Source: Phoronis australis (lineage: Eukaryota; Animalia; Phoronida). From it: a stretch of 64,000 nucleotides of DNA. Of this stretch, positions 37,313 to 49,488 are shown one piece after another; positions within the stretch are counted from its first letter, which is position 1, and each line of letters begins with the position of its first letter. The DNA lies in the NCBI GenBank assembly GCA_002633005.1, contig NMRA01000717.1, positions 87,496-151,495 of the forward strand. Reading direction: 5' to 3'. Below the pieces are notes generated by a model. The model saw only the letters and a list, made by a program, of their open reading frames with translations, ran no database searches and was not told the DNA's origin. A program made the position numbers and the translations under genes.

Positions 37313-39785
37313 GTAAGATCTATGGCGATGCGACCACCTTCCTGTGCAAACTATATAGTATGCTGGTTACTATGAAACGTCGCTTTCATAACCGTTTATG
37401 GTTATGTTTAACAATGAATGCTGATACTCTTCATGTCGGTTATCTCCATATTTACTTGAATTAGTGAACCATTAATGCTACCTTATATTGTGTAAACATT
37501 AAACTGGACCTTACACACTTGCTCCATCCATATCTCTGTGATTGAAGGCACCTCNATCCATCTCCCCCCCTCCCCCCTTATGATAATGTCTTTTAATGGT
37601 TGGTCGCCCAATCATTACGAGATCCTTTTAAAATACATGTATTTGATCTGTGTGATGTAATATTATTCACATTGTTTGGTTATGTAACTGGGTCCCCCAG
37701 CTCAGCCATATTTACTAATGATATGATTTCAGGGTAAATAAATGTATTAATTGTTAAAATTCGTGGTCATGGCTGATTTCATTAACGGGACAGTCACAGG
37801 CAACAGAATATCCTTCGCACCGAATTTGTGCAAATCCCAAATAAAATCATTACTAAGCGTTCTTCGGAAATCACTAGATAGAGTACAATAGCATATTACA
37901 GCACACACATTACACAGTAACTGCGGACATAAACTATGGACATGCGCTGCGTCTGCATCTTTGCAGAGATTGCTACTGTTTAAATATAACATTTCATTTT
38001 TGTCCCAATAGACGTTATTCACGCAGTCATCATTTTAAAAAGAGCCTCGTTTTAGATTTAAAAACTAATTCAATTAAGACATAAATACAACGATGCACGA
38101 GAAAAAATCACGTTATGCGCAGTGATTGAGCGCAGAGTGTTTTATTTTTTCAAACCCTAAAAGGAGGCTCTTTGTAACATGGCGTTTGTGTGAAAAAGGT
38201 GTATTCTTCGGGTTTGTATTCCGTCATAATAAAAGACCCCATCTTGCCAACGTTGGTCTCTTTTTATCTCTGGTCACGTGTTTGTTACGCACATATTTTT
38301 ATCGTTGCTACATATGTAGATCACACAAACTATTTTCTTGTTTAATGTTTGTATAAATTATATACATTGCAAGATTGTCGCACCTGCACTAACAAATCAC
38401 GTGATTCTTAAAAAACAACAACATATATATTCTTCTGTTATTAAACTTCGTTAAAATGGAAACCAAATCCGCATTGAGACCACGAACACATTTTTTAATC
38501 ATTTGACGCTTTAAAATAAACGAATCCTCTTTTAAGTTTTTCAACTCTAAAAGATTGGATGAAGTTTTAAAATCTCTTCCAAAGACGGCTAAATCGGCCA
38601 GCAAGTTACGTGACGACAGCGGGGAAAGACCGTGACCACTCTCAAATGCAAACTCCAATTGATGATAATGTGGTTAAATAATGCTTTATCAAAGGCAGGG
38701 CAGCTTTGAGACGTTCAGTTGAGAAAACAAAGTATAGAAAAACTGAATCAAATACTGAAATTTACTTACATGAGTTAGCGAGACGTTGTTTTTAATGCAC
38801 TTGTCACTTAAGCGGGATACCAACATAGCGTCAGCTAGCGACAAAATCAGCTTTTGGTGAACTCACCAACTCAGGGTTTGGCATCCACTTAAATAAATGT
38901 GTTAGTTATGTATTTAGTTTTGACCAAGTACCCAACTTGCAAACTTCAACAAATATGTGGAATCGAATTGAAGTCAAAGTTTGTACATCACAAAACCGCA
39001 CACGGTATTCCTATTGCAAAAATCAAAAACACAGTGATCAGAGTTCTTTTGACCAATTTGTACTGCCCTGACGGAAATACCAGAGAGCCAATTTAAGATC
39101 AAGTACATTGTAGGCCTAGTACAAATTTGGCTAACTTTGCGGCGTTAAATCCTATAAATGAGGAGGTTTCGGACCCTTTTTCCCTTGACTTTATAGTGAT
39201 ATCAAATCTACAATTTTTAACTGATTGTTGACTTGTACCCCCTTTTTGAAAATACTTCATCCAATGCCCCCACCCTCTCTTAGAAATCCTGGATCAGCTC
39301 CTGAAATGGTAGATCAGATTTATTTGAAACTTCCAGATACTAAGTTGTTGGGAAATATTTCCATAGTGTTCCACTCTTGGATGAGAGGTTAACAAAATAT
39401 GGCTTAATTAATGAGACATTCGTCTAAAGCCAAAACACAAGAATAGCCTGTATACCGTTTTTGAAATGCTTTAGAACACAAATGTCTAATAAAATTTGGC
39501 TGCCAGGTCCTTGGTACTTTTTTGCTATGAATGTACCTTTCTTTGTTAAAGTATTAATAATGTTTCGGCCACGCGATCCAATAAATGACATATTAGTTTT
39601 ACGGTAAACATCAAATTCCGCTAGAGGAATAATATAACTATTATGTTCAGGTTTAACGAGTTATAATGTATAGTGTAGTGGATGGTTGAGTAGTTACGCA
39701 CTCTTATCGGTCAGATACCAACTTTACATGTGAGTATATTGTGTTACTGTAACGTTTTTCTATTTATTTGTTTTTCTACATCTAG

Positions 39786-39919
39786 TTGGCGACAATACCA
39801 ATATAGGACTCGTCGTTTCGAGAGGACAGACGGTATGGGAACACAATAGGTTGCTGCTACTGTCATCCCTTATGCTATCAGTAGATGGCGCTTGGAAACA
39901 TGTACCACTCATTGGTTGA
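39786..39919 (+). CDS. Probable terminal exon of the mosaic protein (hydrophobic C-terminal stretch)
   Basis: Acceptor tttttctacatctag; the phase-1 frame reads VGDNTNIGLVVSRGQTVWEHNRLLLLSSLMLSVDGAWKHVPLIG*. AATAAA follows ~80 nt after the stop. Confidence 0.55.
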
Positions 39920-39996
39920 ACTGGACACGCGCCACAACTCCAATATCAATTCCTCATGTTCACAATAAGTACACAGCGTAGATGAGTGGTCATCTT

Positions 39997-40002
39997 AATA
40001 AA
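39997..40002 (+). terminator. Candidate polyadenylation signal of the mosaic gene
   Basis: AATAAA downstream of the putative stop codon; a second AATAAA lies at 40101. Confidence 0.45.
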
Positions 40003-40471
40003 GCTTTCATACGTCAAAATTGGTTTTCATAGTATATGGACTGTGGGAAAGTGAATCATTTTTGTTAAATTATGATTTCATAAATCTACATAATTTTCTC
40101 AATAAAATTCCCCTAAGTTCCAATTAAATATGCATGAATCACTCCCAATGGAGCCCTACCAACTTTATTTGTGCCAAGGTTCATTGTAATCAGCTGTATA
40201 CTGCATACCATTTTCCAAAAGTTGATGAAATTATTTACTTCCTAGGAGGAGTCTTGAAAAGTCCTAGATTAACTCAGTTGATGGCTATTCAGCCATATTG
40301 CATGATCTGCAGTGGGCAGTGAGTGACTCTAGTTTTAGCGGTCACACGACATGAATGGAGAGCATGGTGATGTATGGTGATTGATGGCTGTGGATGATGC
40401 GGTGCGGACACACACGCAGGCAGGCAGGCATGCATGCACACGAGTAACACCCTCTCATTACCGCGTTTTCC

Positions 40472-41010
40472 CGTTGCTCCCAACTTGTACGATTCTATAG
40501 CCTAACCACAAGTTGGAAAGTTTACCACTATAGCCAATATCTTACACAACTGATTAACTCCATTCCGGCATTTATGGTTGGATGGCCAGCTCTCTTTTGT
40601 TCGATAATTGCTCTAATCTCCAATAAGATGGTATCTACCCTGACTGGGCTGTGCTGTTAAAAATAAAAGTTAAGTTATACCATATTTGAACATAAACCAA
40701 TAGCATTTCCGAATTCTTCGTCAAATGGTGATCATGTTTAGTTTTTGAATCGCCAAATTCGCACAACTCAGTGCAACCGAAGTTACGACAATCTATTCTC
40801 CGTTTCCAAATACACCAATTCACTCTGAGTTTGACTGTGTTCACACGTGGTCTGTAATAAGTTTGGTAGATAATTGGCCTGCTTGTTGTCATAACAGACA
40901 AAAGAGTGTGCTTGGCAGTTAGCAAAGAAGCTAGATGTTATCACACGCTCAGAACCCCCTACATGTACGTCTGGTAACGTCACTGAACGGGAAAACGCTG
41001 TTATGTGCAT
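40472..41010 (+). repeat. Interspersed ~530-bp repeat, with a second direct copy at ~51746-52270
   Basis: CGTTGCTCCCAACTTGT...TAGCCAATATCTTACACAA...GTGCTTGGCAGTTA.CAAAGAAGCTA.ATGTTATCACAC.CTCA is shared with moderate divergence. Confidence 0.85.
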
Positions 41011-41249
41011 GGCTTACAGTCCCTATAGTGGCTGGAGCTGTTATGTGCTTGCATGACACTTGTATCCTGGAACACAACAATCTCCAGGAACACCTAATAA
41101 GACTCAGACTACTACTGAATACATGCCTAACCTCTTAATGAAAAGATACATAGGATAACCAGAACATCATAATTCAACCAAAATGACACGGTATACATTT
41201 GCCCTACACCATAATAATGTAGTTCTAGTTATGCCTAATTTAAATACGT

Positions 41250-41404
41250 CTGGGCTGGGTTGCATAAAACTTCAAAATTATCCGCTGGATAAGTTTAACT
41301 GTTACATGACGTCAGGTGCATTGTTCAACAATAACAACGTGACGCGTGTTAATGTGACGTCATTGTTGCTATATGGCGTATAACTTTTACGCAACTGGGT
41401 CCTG
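41250..41404. mobile_element. Small MITE-like element (PIF/Harbinger-like GGGC termini); inverted related copy at ~54771-54880
   Basis: Imperfect TIRs GGGCTGGGTTGCATAAAA / TTTTACGCAACTGGGTCC. The internal sequence is the reverse complement of 54771-54880. Confidence 0.55.
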
Positions 41405-41628
41405 ATATTTTATTTAACATAACAGTAAACAACGCTGATATAGCCAACAGGTTATGGTAAGACCACTACAATTTACGATAAAACATGGCTGCTACGTGAA
41501 ATTGATTTTATCATTTCTTCCTGAAACAAATGAAGCACCAACTTAAATCATATTCCATGTTCAGGTTTTGTAACAAAAGTCAAAGCTTTCAAAAACTGTG
41601 GGCATTCAGAGCAATGTTAAAACCCCTG

Positions 41629-43357
41629 AACAAGAGCAACGCGGAACGTTGAAATGCGCCCACAAATGCATCGCAAACTGTGCTTTTAGGGTTGTTTATT
41701 GGTCATAAACATGGCCACTAGATGGCGCAACAACGTACAATCCATCCGATAATGGGAACATGTCATAGCTTCTGTAATAGAAAGCTTTACACAAAATTTC
41801 ATAGAAATCTGTCACGAAACTTCAGAGAAACAAAGGAAAACAGAATAAAATGAAAACTGCCACTAGGGGGCAGAGTGTTCATTGGATCCGCCTGAAAGTA
41901 GTCATTGTCTGTTGTTAGCTTATACTAAATTTAATAAAGACCCAGCAGTGGGTTTAGGAGATACAGCTATGGGCGCAAAACAAAACAAAACTACCATTGG
42001 AGACGCCACAGTAGTCAAAGTTGTCATCGTCAATCATTCTCTTCACACAGAGAACATAAACGCCAGTTTTCAAAACCATCCTTAGAATGATTTGGTTGAT
42101 CGAAGAGTGAACGCCAAAAAACAAGACTTGAAAACGGAAAAAGTGGCCACTAGGAGGCGCAAAACACCTCGATTCCATCCAAAACGCGTGGATAGCGTCA
42201 TCTCACCAACAGATGCCTGAATTCAAAATTTTATGTAAATACTTAGAGGACCCTTGACGATAGAGGTAAATTTAAAATCTAAAACTGCCACCGTGGGGCA
42301 CACCAGAAATCAGATCCCACTCAAAGTTGTTGTTCTTTGTCAACATCATATAAATACACTTATTAAATTTATTAAAGAAAATACAAATGGTTTAAGAGAT
42401 ACCCTTGGGCGCAAAAAACGAAACTGCCACTGGGAGGCGCCACAGTAGCTGAAGTAATCGGAAAATCATTGTCAGAGGTACACTTCATAGTAAAAACATA
42501 CATGCCAATTTTCACAATTATCCTGAAAGCGATTTGGTTGATAGAGGGGTGGATGCATAAGAAACAGACTCGAAAACAGTAAAAATGGCCACTAGATGGC
42601 GCAAACTAAGTCACATCCATCTGAAAACAGAAAGATAGAGTCATCACACTAACAGAAGCCTGTACGCCAATTTTTTTGAAAATACATTTAGGACCTTTGA
42701 ACATACAGAGGTAAACGTAAAAAAAATTGCCACCAGGTTGCAAACCAGGATTCAAATCCGTCCAAAAGTCGTCATCGTCCTTTGTCAACATCATATAAAT
42801 GCACTTACTAAATTTAGTAAACATCCTGTAGATGGTTTAGGAGATACAGCCATAAGCGCAAAAAAAAAACTGCCACTAGGAGGCACCACAGTCGTTGAAA
42901 TCGTTGGAAAATCATTGTCAGCCGTCCTCTTCATAGTAAGAACATACATGCCAATTTCCAAAATCATTCTTAGAGCGGTTTGGTTGATAGAGGGCTGGAC
43001 GACTAAAAACATACTCAAAAACAGTAAAAATGGCCGCTAGGTGGCGCAGATTACGTCAAATCTATCCGAAAACAGGTGGATTGCGTCATTTCACTAATAG
43101 ATGCGTACATGCCAAATTTTATGAAAATACGCTGAAGACCTTTGAAGATACAAAGGTAAGCATAAAAAACTAAAATTGCCACTAGGGGGCAGACAGGTAG
43201 TCGAGTCCATCCGAAAGTTCGCTCATGACGTCCCATCCACGAAAGGAACATATGTGCAAAATTTCATGAACATGCGTCAAACGGTTTTGGACACCGCCTG
43301 AACGGACGTAGATGACGGCATAATGCAACCACATAAAAATATGTGGGCGCATAAAAA
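41629..43357 (-). mobile_element. Full-length Helentron-associated (HINE/DINE-1-like) non-autonomous element with ~11 internal ~148-bp units
   Basis: Subterminal inverted repeats ATGCGCCCACA (41654-41664) and TGTGGGCGCAT (43342-43352), a hairpin CCACATA/TATGTGG beside one subTIR, and a palindrome plus CTTGTT at the other end. Homologous to 2015-3357. Confidence 0.75.
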
Positions 43358-43465
43358 TGGGAAAACACATTTTGGCAATGATCATGTCCAAAATTAGACA
43401 ATTTTACCGCACTAAAACATCACACACACACAAAAGAACTATCGCAATTTAGAAAGTAAAATACT

Positions 43466-43471
43466 TTTATT
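43466..43471 (-). terminator. Candidate QTRT2 polyadenylation signal
   Basis: AATAAA on the minus strand ~55 nt after the stop codon. Confidence 0.55.
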
Positions 43472-43526
43472 GCAGTTCTAAGTGGAGATACACATTAACA
43501 AGGGTTAATCTATCGGCCACCAGGTG

Positions 43527-43635
43527 TCACCTCTGTGTAGCAGACGATATCATGTGCTTCAACTCATCAAAGTTGTTGTCTTGTAAGCTTTTGCGTATCG
43601 CTTCAAAGAATCCAAAGTAGTGATGGAAGTTGTGT
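43527..43635 (-). CDS. QTRT2: Queuine tRNA-ribosyltransferase accessory subunit 2, last coding exon
   Basis: HNFHHYFGFFEAIRKSL...* matches the recalled QTRT2 C-terminus (HNFEHYFGFF); ccag acceptor. Confidence 0.9.
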
Positions 43636-43915
43636 CTGGAAATACAAAGTTAAAGTGAATGATAAAAGTATGTTAATTTTGATACATCCAGTTGAGAAAA
43701 CAGATGAAATTTGAATCTAACAATGGAAATAAGTCTCACTAAAGTTACCAACGTTGTGTTCGTCTCTATTAGCCATAATAATAACAACATCAATAGCCAA
43801 GCTGCAGTCCGTGAGAGACGAATACAACATCGCTAACTTTATCAAGTTGTATTTCCAGTATTAGATTCAAATTTCATCTGTGTTAGACTGAATGAGAATG
43901 TCCTGGCTACAGATA

Positions 43916-44079
43916 ACTAGACAGCACACTCAGAACCTCCACACTAGACAGCACACTCAGAACCTCCACACGAGACAGCACACTCAGGACCTCCACACTA
44001 GACAGCACACTCAGAACCTCCACACTAGACAGCACACTCGGAACCTCCACACTAGACAGCACACTCAGAACCTCCACAC
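43916..44079. repeat. Minisatellite, 27-bp unit x6
   Basis: ACTAGACAGCACACTCAGAACCTCCAC repeated. Confidence 0.92.
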
Positions 44080-45890
44080 TTGTCAATAGTTCCCTCCATG
44101 CACGCAACCAGCTAAAATATGTGGAGACTCGAATTTCTTAGAACGTGGACCTTTTACTAAGATTCACAGGGTATGTTCAGAGCTATGAATTGTGTATTTG
44201 CCAAGTTTCAGCAATTCCTGCCTCTTTAGTGGACCTTTTTTGCCCAATTCACCAAATGGGGGGGCTCGTTCAAGCTCCCCCGAGTCACCCTAGCTGCGCG
44301 CATGCTCTTAATTTCACATTAAAATGAGCAGTACACAAGTTACTACATTTCATAAAGCCCCAAGCACAACTCAAGCAATACATCGGCCAGTAGTTCCATT
44401 AAGCTGCACACAAAACATCAGTCTGCCAGTCAGTAAATTCCTTGAAGATGTACTTTCATTACAAGTAGTAAGGTCTGCCAGCCAGTACATTCCTTAAAGT
44501 TGTACTTGCATTATGACTAGTACAGTCTGCCAGCTAGTAAAAGTCTTACTTACAACATGAGTAGTACACCAGCCAGTAGTTCTGACGTTTTCACCAAGTG
44601 ATGCAGGTACGCCCTCGTGTGGTGGGTGCAAGTAAAACACGAACAGCTGGGCATTATGGGTGAGAAATCATCACAATACCTGAATGAAGGTGAATAGAGA
44701 TTGGTGATGGGGACCATTTAAATCACAAACTTTGAACACTTTCCTTGTTTCGCACGAATTACATTCACAAACAACTTTGCACTGCAGTAAAACAATCAAA
44801 ATCCCAGATGTTATGTTATAAGAGCTATACCTGTCATCAGTGAAATCGATTTCGTAAGATCGATCTTTGTGAGTCGCCTCAACTTCACTCTTCTTGTTAA
44901 TTGCATAGTTGAACACCAGGGCGGCGTTCCTCTCAGTCACAACATATGNATAGCCAAGCTGCAGTCCGTGAGAGATGAATACAACGTCGCTAACTTTATT
45001 AAGTTTTATTTCCAGTATTAGATTCAAATTTCATCTGTGTTAGAGTGAATGAGAATGTCCTGGCTACAGATAACTAGACAGCACACTCTGAACCTCCACA
45101 CTTGAACACAAATGGGAAGTCATCATCACCATTATTAAGTAGAGTGAATTGTCATCAAACTGGGACAAAATAATGGCTCAAACTGATCAATTTTGATATT
45201 CCACAGACACCCCTAGCATTTAACCAGAATGCTCAATTACTGTTGCCAGTAAAACATTCCTAACATCTCACCTAGAACACAGGGGGCAGCACACGTCATC
45301 TTATTATTGCCCAAGTGAAACTGCCACTAAAGAGTGAGGCCTTCTTACACCAACCACAGAAAATACAAGAACTCCGAAAATAGTTCACATAAATCCATAC
45401 TGACATGACCAGTACTTTAGTCAATAGTTCCCTCCATGCACGCAACCAGCTAAAATATGTGGATACTCGAATTTCTTAGAATGTGGACCTTTTACTAAGA
45501 TTCACAGGGTATGTTCAGAGCTATGAATTGTGTATTTGCAAAGTTTCAGTAATTCCTGCCTCTTTAGTGGACCTTTTTTTGCCCAATTCACCAAATGGGG
45601 GGGCTCGTTCAAGCCCCCCCGAGTCACCCTAGCTGCGCGCATGCTCTTAATTTCATATTAAAATGAGCAGTACACAAGCTACTACATTTCATAAAGCCCC
45701 AAGCACAACTCAAGCAATACATCGGCCAGTAGTTCCATTAAGCTGCACATAAAACATCAGTCTGCCAGTCAGTAAATTCCTTGAAGTTGTACTTTCATTA
45801 CAAGTAGTAAGGTCTGCCAGCCAGTACATTCCTTAAAGTTGTACTTGCATCATGACTAGTAGTCTGCCAGCTAGTAAAAGTCTTACTTAC

Positions 45891-46016
45891 AACATGAGTA
45901 GTACACCAGCCAGTAGTTCTGACGTTTTCACCAAGTGATGCAGGTACGCCCTCGTGTGGTGGGTGCAAGTAAAACACGAACAGCTGGGCATTATGGGTGA
46001 GAAATCATCACAATAC
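45891..46016 (-). CDS. QTRT2: QTRT2 exon with Zn-binding motif
   Basis: [42 protein letters not shown] contains the TGT-family CxCxxC Zn ligands. 126 nt with AG/GT boundaries. Confidence 0.92.
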
Positions 46017-46167
46017 CTGAATGAAGGTGAATAGAGATTGGTGATGGGGGATCATTTAAATCACAAACTTTGAACATTCCTTGTTTCGCACGAATTACAT
46101 TCACAAACAACTTTGCACTGCAGTAAAACAAATCAAAATCCCAGATGTTATGTTATAAGAGCGATAC

Positions 46168-46391
46168 CTGTCATCAGTGAAATCGATTTCGTAAGATCGA
46201 TCTTTGTGAGTGGCCTCAACTTCACTCTTCTTGTTAATTGCATAGTTGAACACCAGGGCGGCGTTCCTCTCAGTCACAACATATGGATAGCTGGAGTCAA
46301 AGATGTCTACACCACACTCGACTCCTTCCAACACTGACAGTGGTGTCCATACATGGCACATCAGGCGTGGCCTCTCAGGGGGTAAACACTC
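46168..46391 (-). CDS. QTRT2: QTRT2 exon
   Basis: ECLPPERPRLM...VLEGVECGVDIFDSSYPYVVTERNAALVF, matching the TGT-family GVDxFD motif. Confidence 0.92.
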
Positions 46392-47026
46392 CTGCAGTGC
46401 AAGGTCAGACTACTTTATATTAGACAGAACCCTTATGAGGCCAGTTGTACAGGCTTTTCACCAGATGGTCTCTAATGGAAGATTAGGACAATTCTTTGTT
46501 GTGTGCAAAGCATGCCTGAGTGCACAGGGCATGCCGAAGTGTGCAGGGCATGGCGAAGTGTGCAGAGCGCCACGGAATCCCCAAGGCGCCATGGTAGTGT
46601 GCAGGGTGCAACAGAATGTGCGGGGAATGACGATGAAATGTATTCCAGCAAAGGATAAGAGGCCTCAAAAGAGAAATAAAGACACAGCGCTAAGTTTAAA
46701 GGGAACTTGTCTCTGCTTAGCTGCCAGTGTTGTATTCTGGACAAGAGTGCTTTGGGGTTTAAAAATATTACCACACTTTGCTAGTCCCATATCGGCCACC
46801 ACCTCAAGCCAAGTGCAATGCGTACATGTACCGTTTTCATTCAAAGTTACAACTATAGGGTAAGTTTGGGTTTGTTGTCTTATTGACAACAAAAATTAAG
46901 TCTTATCACGCTGCAAATTATTACGTCACAGTTTTGTCAGCTTAGGTGGTTCAATTCTTGATCATATTAACAACTAAATACAGCAGTTTAAGTAACTGTC
47001 TGTGATGTTCCACAGATATCTCTTAC

Positions 47027-47115
47027 CCACATCTTTTTCAGTATGTGCTTGACAGAAGACATGTCAAATGTCTCTGTGTCCGGCCCATTATGGTGAAACC
47101 CATCCACTACAAAAC
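47027..47115 (-). CDS. QTRT2: QTRT2 exon
   Basis: GFVVDGFHHNGPDTETFDMSSVKHILKKMW; in frame with both neighbours. Confidence 0.85.
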
Positions 47116-47676
47116 CTGCAAGGATCATTGACAGTACAGCGCATTGTCACTACAGCACATTGTCACTATAGCTTATTGTCACTACAGCACATTGTCACTT
47201 TAACACCTATTTGTAGATAATGCAGCGAAATGGTGAAGTAAGTGACTAGACAGTAACAGGTTGGTTGGTTTCAGAAGCTTTAATGTAGTAATCACAAGTT
47301 TAGCAAAAATAACCTCAACTGAATTGAAAGGGCTGTCTTCAAGGTACCATTAATACTTATAGATTGTTTCAATACTTATCAGAGCAGAGGTAACTGAGAT
47401 AAAGCTTTGCATAATACAAAACATTTGTGTAAGGATTGAAATTAGTCTAAAATCCTTCAACTTAGAGCAACAAAGCATAGTTTTTAACCTTGTAGTAAAT
47501 ATCCATTGTTTCCAAACAGTTACAATATACACACAGCCTTAATAGCAACATTATATTTCCAAAGATATTATGTTTGACGAGACATTTAACTTCTGTCATA
47601 TTGTATCCTAGACTGAAGCGCCCCCTGTGAACAATGTCCAAGGCATGTGCATGACCCGAGGTAGTGCTGACCCTAC

Positions 47677-47776
47677 CTGCCACAGGACGTTGTGCTGTTT
47701 CACAAGCAGATCTACAACGTTCCTGCACGTCAAAGCCACCAACTAGAACACCAAACATGGCCGACTGCAGCAGAGA
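47677..47776 (-). CDS. QTRT2: QTRT2 exon
   Basis: SLLQSAMFGVLVGGFDVQERCRSACETAQRPVAG. Confidence 0.9.
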
Positions 47777-48850
47777 CTGGAAACAAAATGGTGACTTTTG
47801 ACCCTAGCTTATAACAAGGCAGTGATGGCCTTTAAAGTGCCTGTCTTATAGAAATCATACAGTGATACACAGACTGTAGCCTGTAAATGCCCGTGTACCC
47901 CTACCAGATGGGAATTCGGCCAACACCCCCCCCCCCCCNNNNNNNNNNNNNNNNNNNNNNNNNNNNNNNNNNNNNACCCCCCCCCCCCCCCAATTCACCA
48001 AGATAATGTTTATCAATCTCAGCACCTACATTCTGGATATACAGCGATCACTTATGCAACATGACCCAAGATTTTAGTAAGGTTGGACACCAAACCTTCA
48101 GTCAGACTTCCATTGGACTAGATCAAACTCGACCAAGCTAAGGTGATGTTGAACCATGCCACAGTAAAATCATTCACCAATCTTGTTCCACCATTTGGTC
48201 TCAGAAAGCAACAAGAAGTTGACACAGTGATAAGTGATGGATGTCGATGTGCCTGACTCCGCAAAAATATCTACAGTACACACAGAGTTTGACTAGTAAT
48301 AAATTTTAACTAATCATTCAAGACACACGATGCACTTTTCTAACCTTTGACCCTTTCTGGAACTCCAAACATTCGTCCAAGAATGTCAGCGTCTTATCGA
48401 CCAATCGGCGCAACTTTTTCTTGGCCGTGGTTTCATTGGCATCACCATCAGCGAGTGCATGGAACCAGTCTGGCTGACATGACTCTATCATTTCCATGTA
48501 ATCCTTGGACAGCAACTAAAATAAGCGCTGGCCAGGTGAACTACTGTACTATANCAACATGACCCAAGATTTTAGGATTTTAGTACGGTTGGACACCAAA
48601 CCTTCAGTCAGACTTCCATTGGACTAGATCAAACTCGACCAAGCTAAGGTGATGTTGAACCATGCCACAGTAAAATCAATCACTAATCTTGTTCCACCGT
48701 TTCGTCTCAGAAAGCAACAAGAAGTTGACACAGTGATAAGTGATGGATGTCGATGTGCCCGACCCCGCAAAAACATCTACAGTACACACAGAGTTTGACT
48801 AGTAATAAATTTTAACTAATCATTCAAGACACACAATGCACTTTTCTAAC

Positions 48851-49021
48851 CTTTGACCCTTTCTGGAACTCCAAACATTCGTCCAAGAATGTCAGCGTCT
48901 TATCGACCAATCGGCGCAACTTTTTCTTGGCCGTGGTTTCATTGGCATCACCATCAGCGAGTGCATGGAACCAGTCTGGCTGACATGACTCTATCATTTC
49001 CATGTAATCCTTGGACAGCAA
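48851..49021 (-). CDS. QTRT2: QTRT2 exon (redundant haplotype copy at 48345-48515, n at 48554)
   Basis: LLSKDYMEMIESCQPDWFHALADGD...KKLRRLVDKTLTFLDECL, matching the recalled QPDWFQCLSDG. Confidence 0.9.
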
Positions 49022-49488
49022 CTAAAATAAGCGCTGGCCAGGTGAACTACTGTACTATACTATAAACACACAAACATTACTTACAAGAGAGGACTGCATT
49101 CTATCTAACAAGAACAGGGATTTGGTAGAGTGAAAATTCAAGCTTCAAACTGCATGATACAGCACATGTACAGACCATTGATTAGTCGCAAACTAAACCA
49201 GACCATGGGTAGATAACAATCAGTCAATGATTGAACAAAGCATTACCTGTGTCCAGCAGGCAAATGGAATGTCAAGCATCTGAATGTATACCAAATTTAA
49301 GTGTACTCAACCGGGTTGTGGCAGACAGTATGACTAGACGACTGGAACACAAACACACACATCAACCTAGTGGCCCATCCAATGACAAACTTAAACACTG
49401 AGAAACAAATCATCATAACGTAAACCCCGCATATTATTATACTGCTCAAGGCATGAAAAAACAAAACATTAATATGTTGATACATTAC

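Larger units (their letters stand above)
43793..46287. repeat. Duplicated QTRT2 segment joined by a single n (two haplotypes); redundant exon copies at 44554-44679 and ~44831-44948
   Basis: 43793-44948 resembles 44950-46287, with n at 44949. The left copy of the larger exon is cut off at the n. Confidence 0.85.

Noticed and set aside
48345-48515. Apparent duplicated or mutually exclusive QTRT2 exon
   Set aside because: The coding sequence is identical and lies within an n-joined duplicate block, so it is most simply an assembly artefact.
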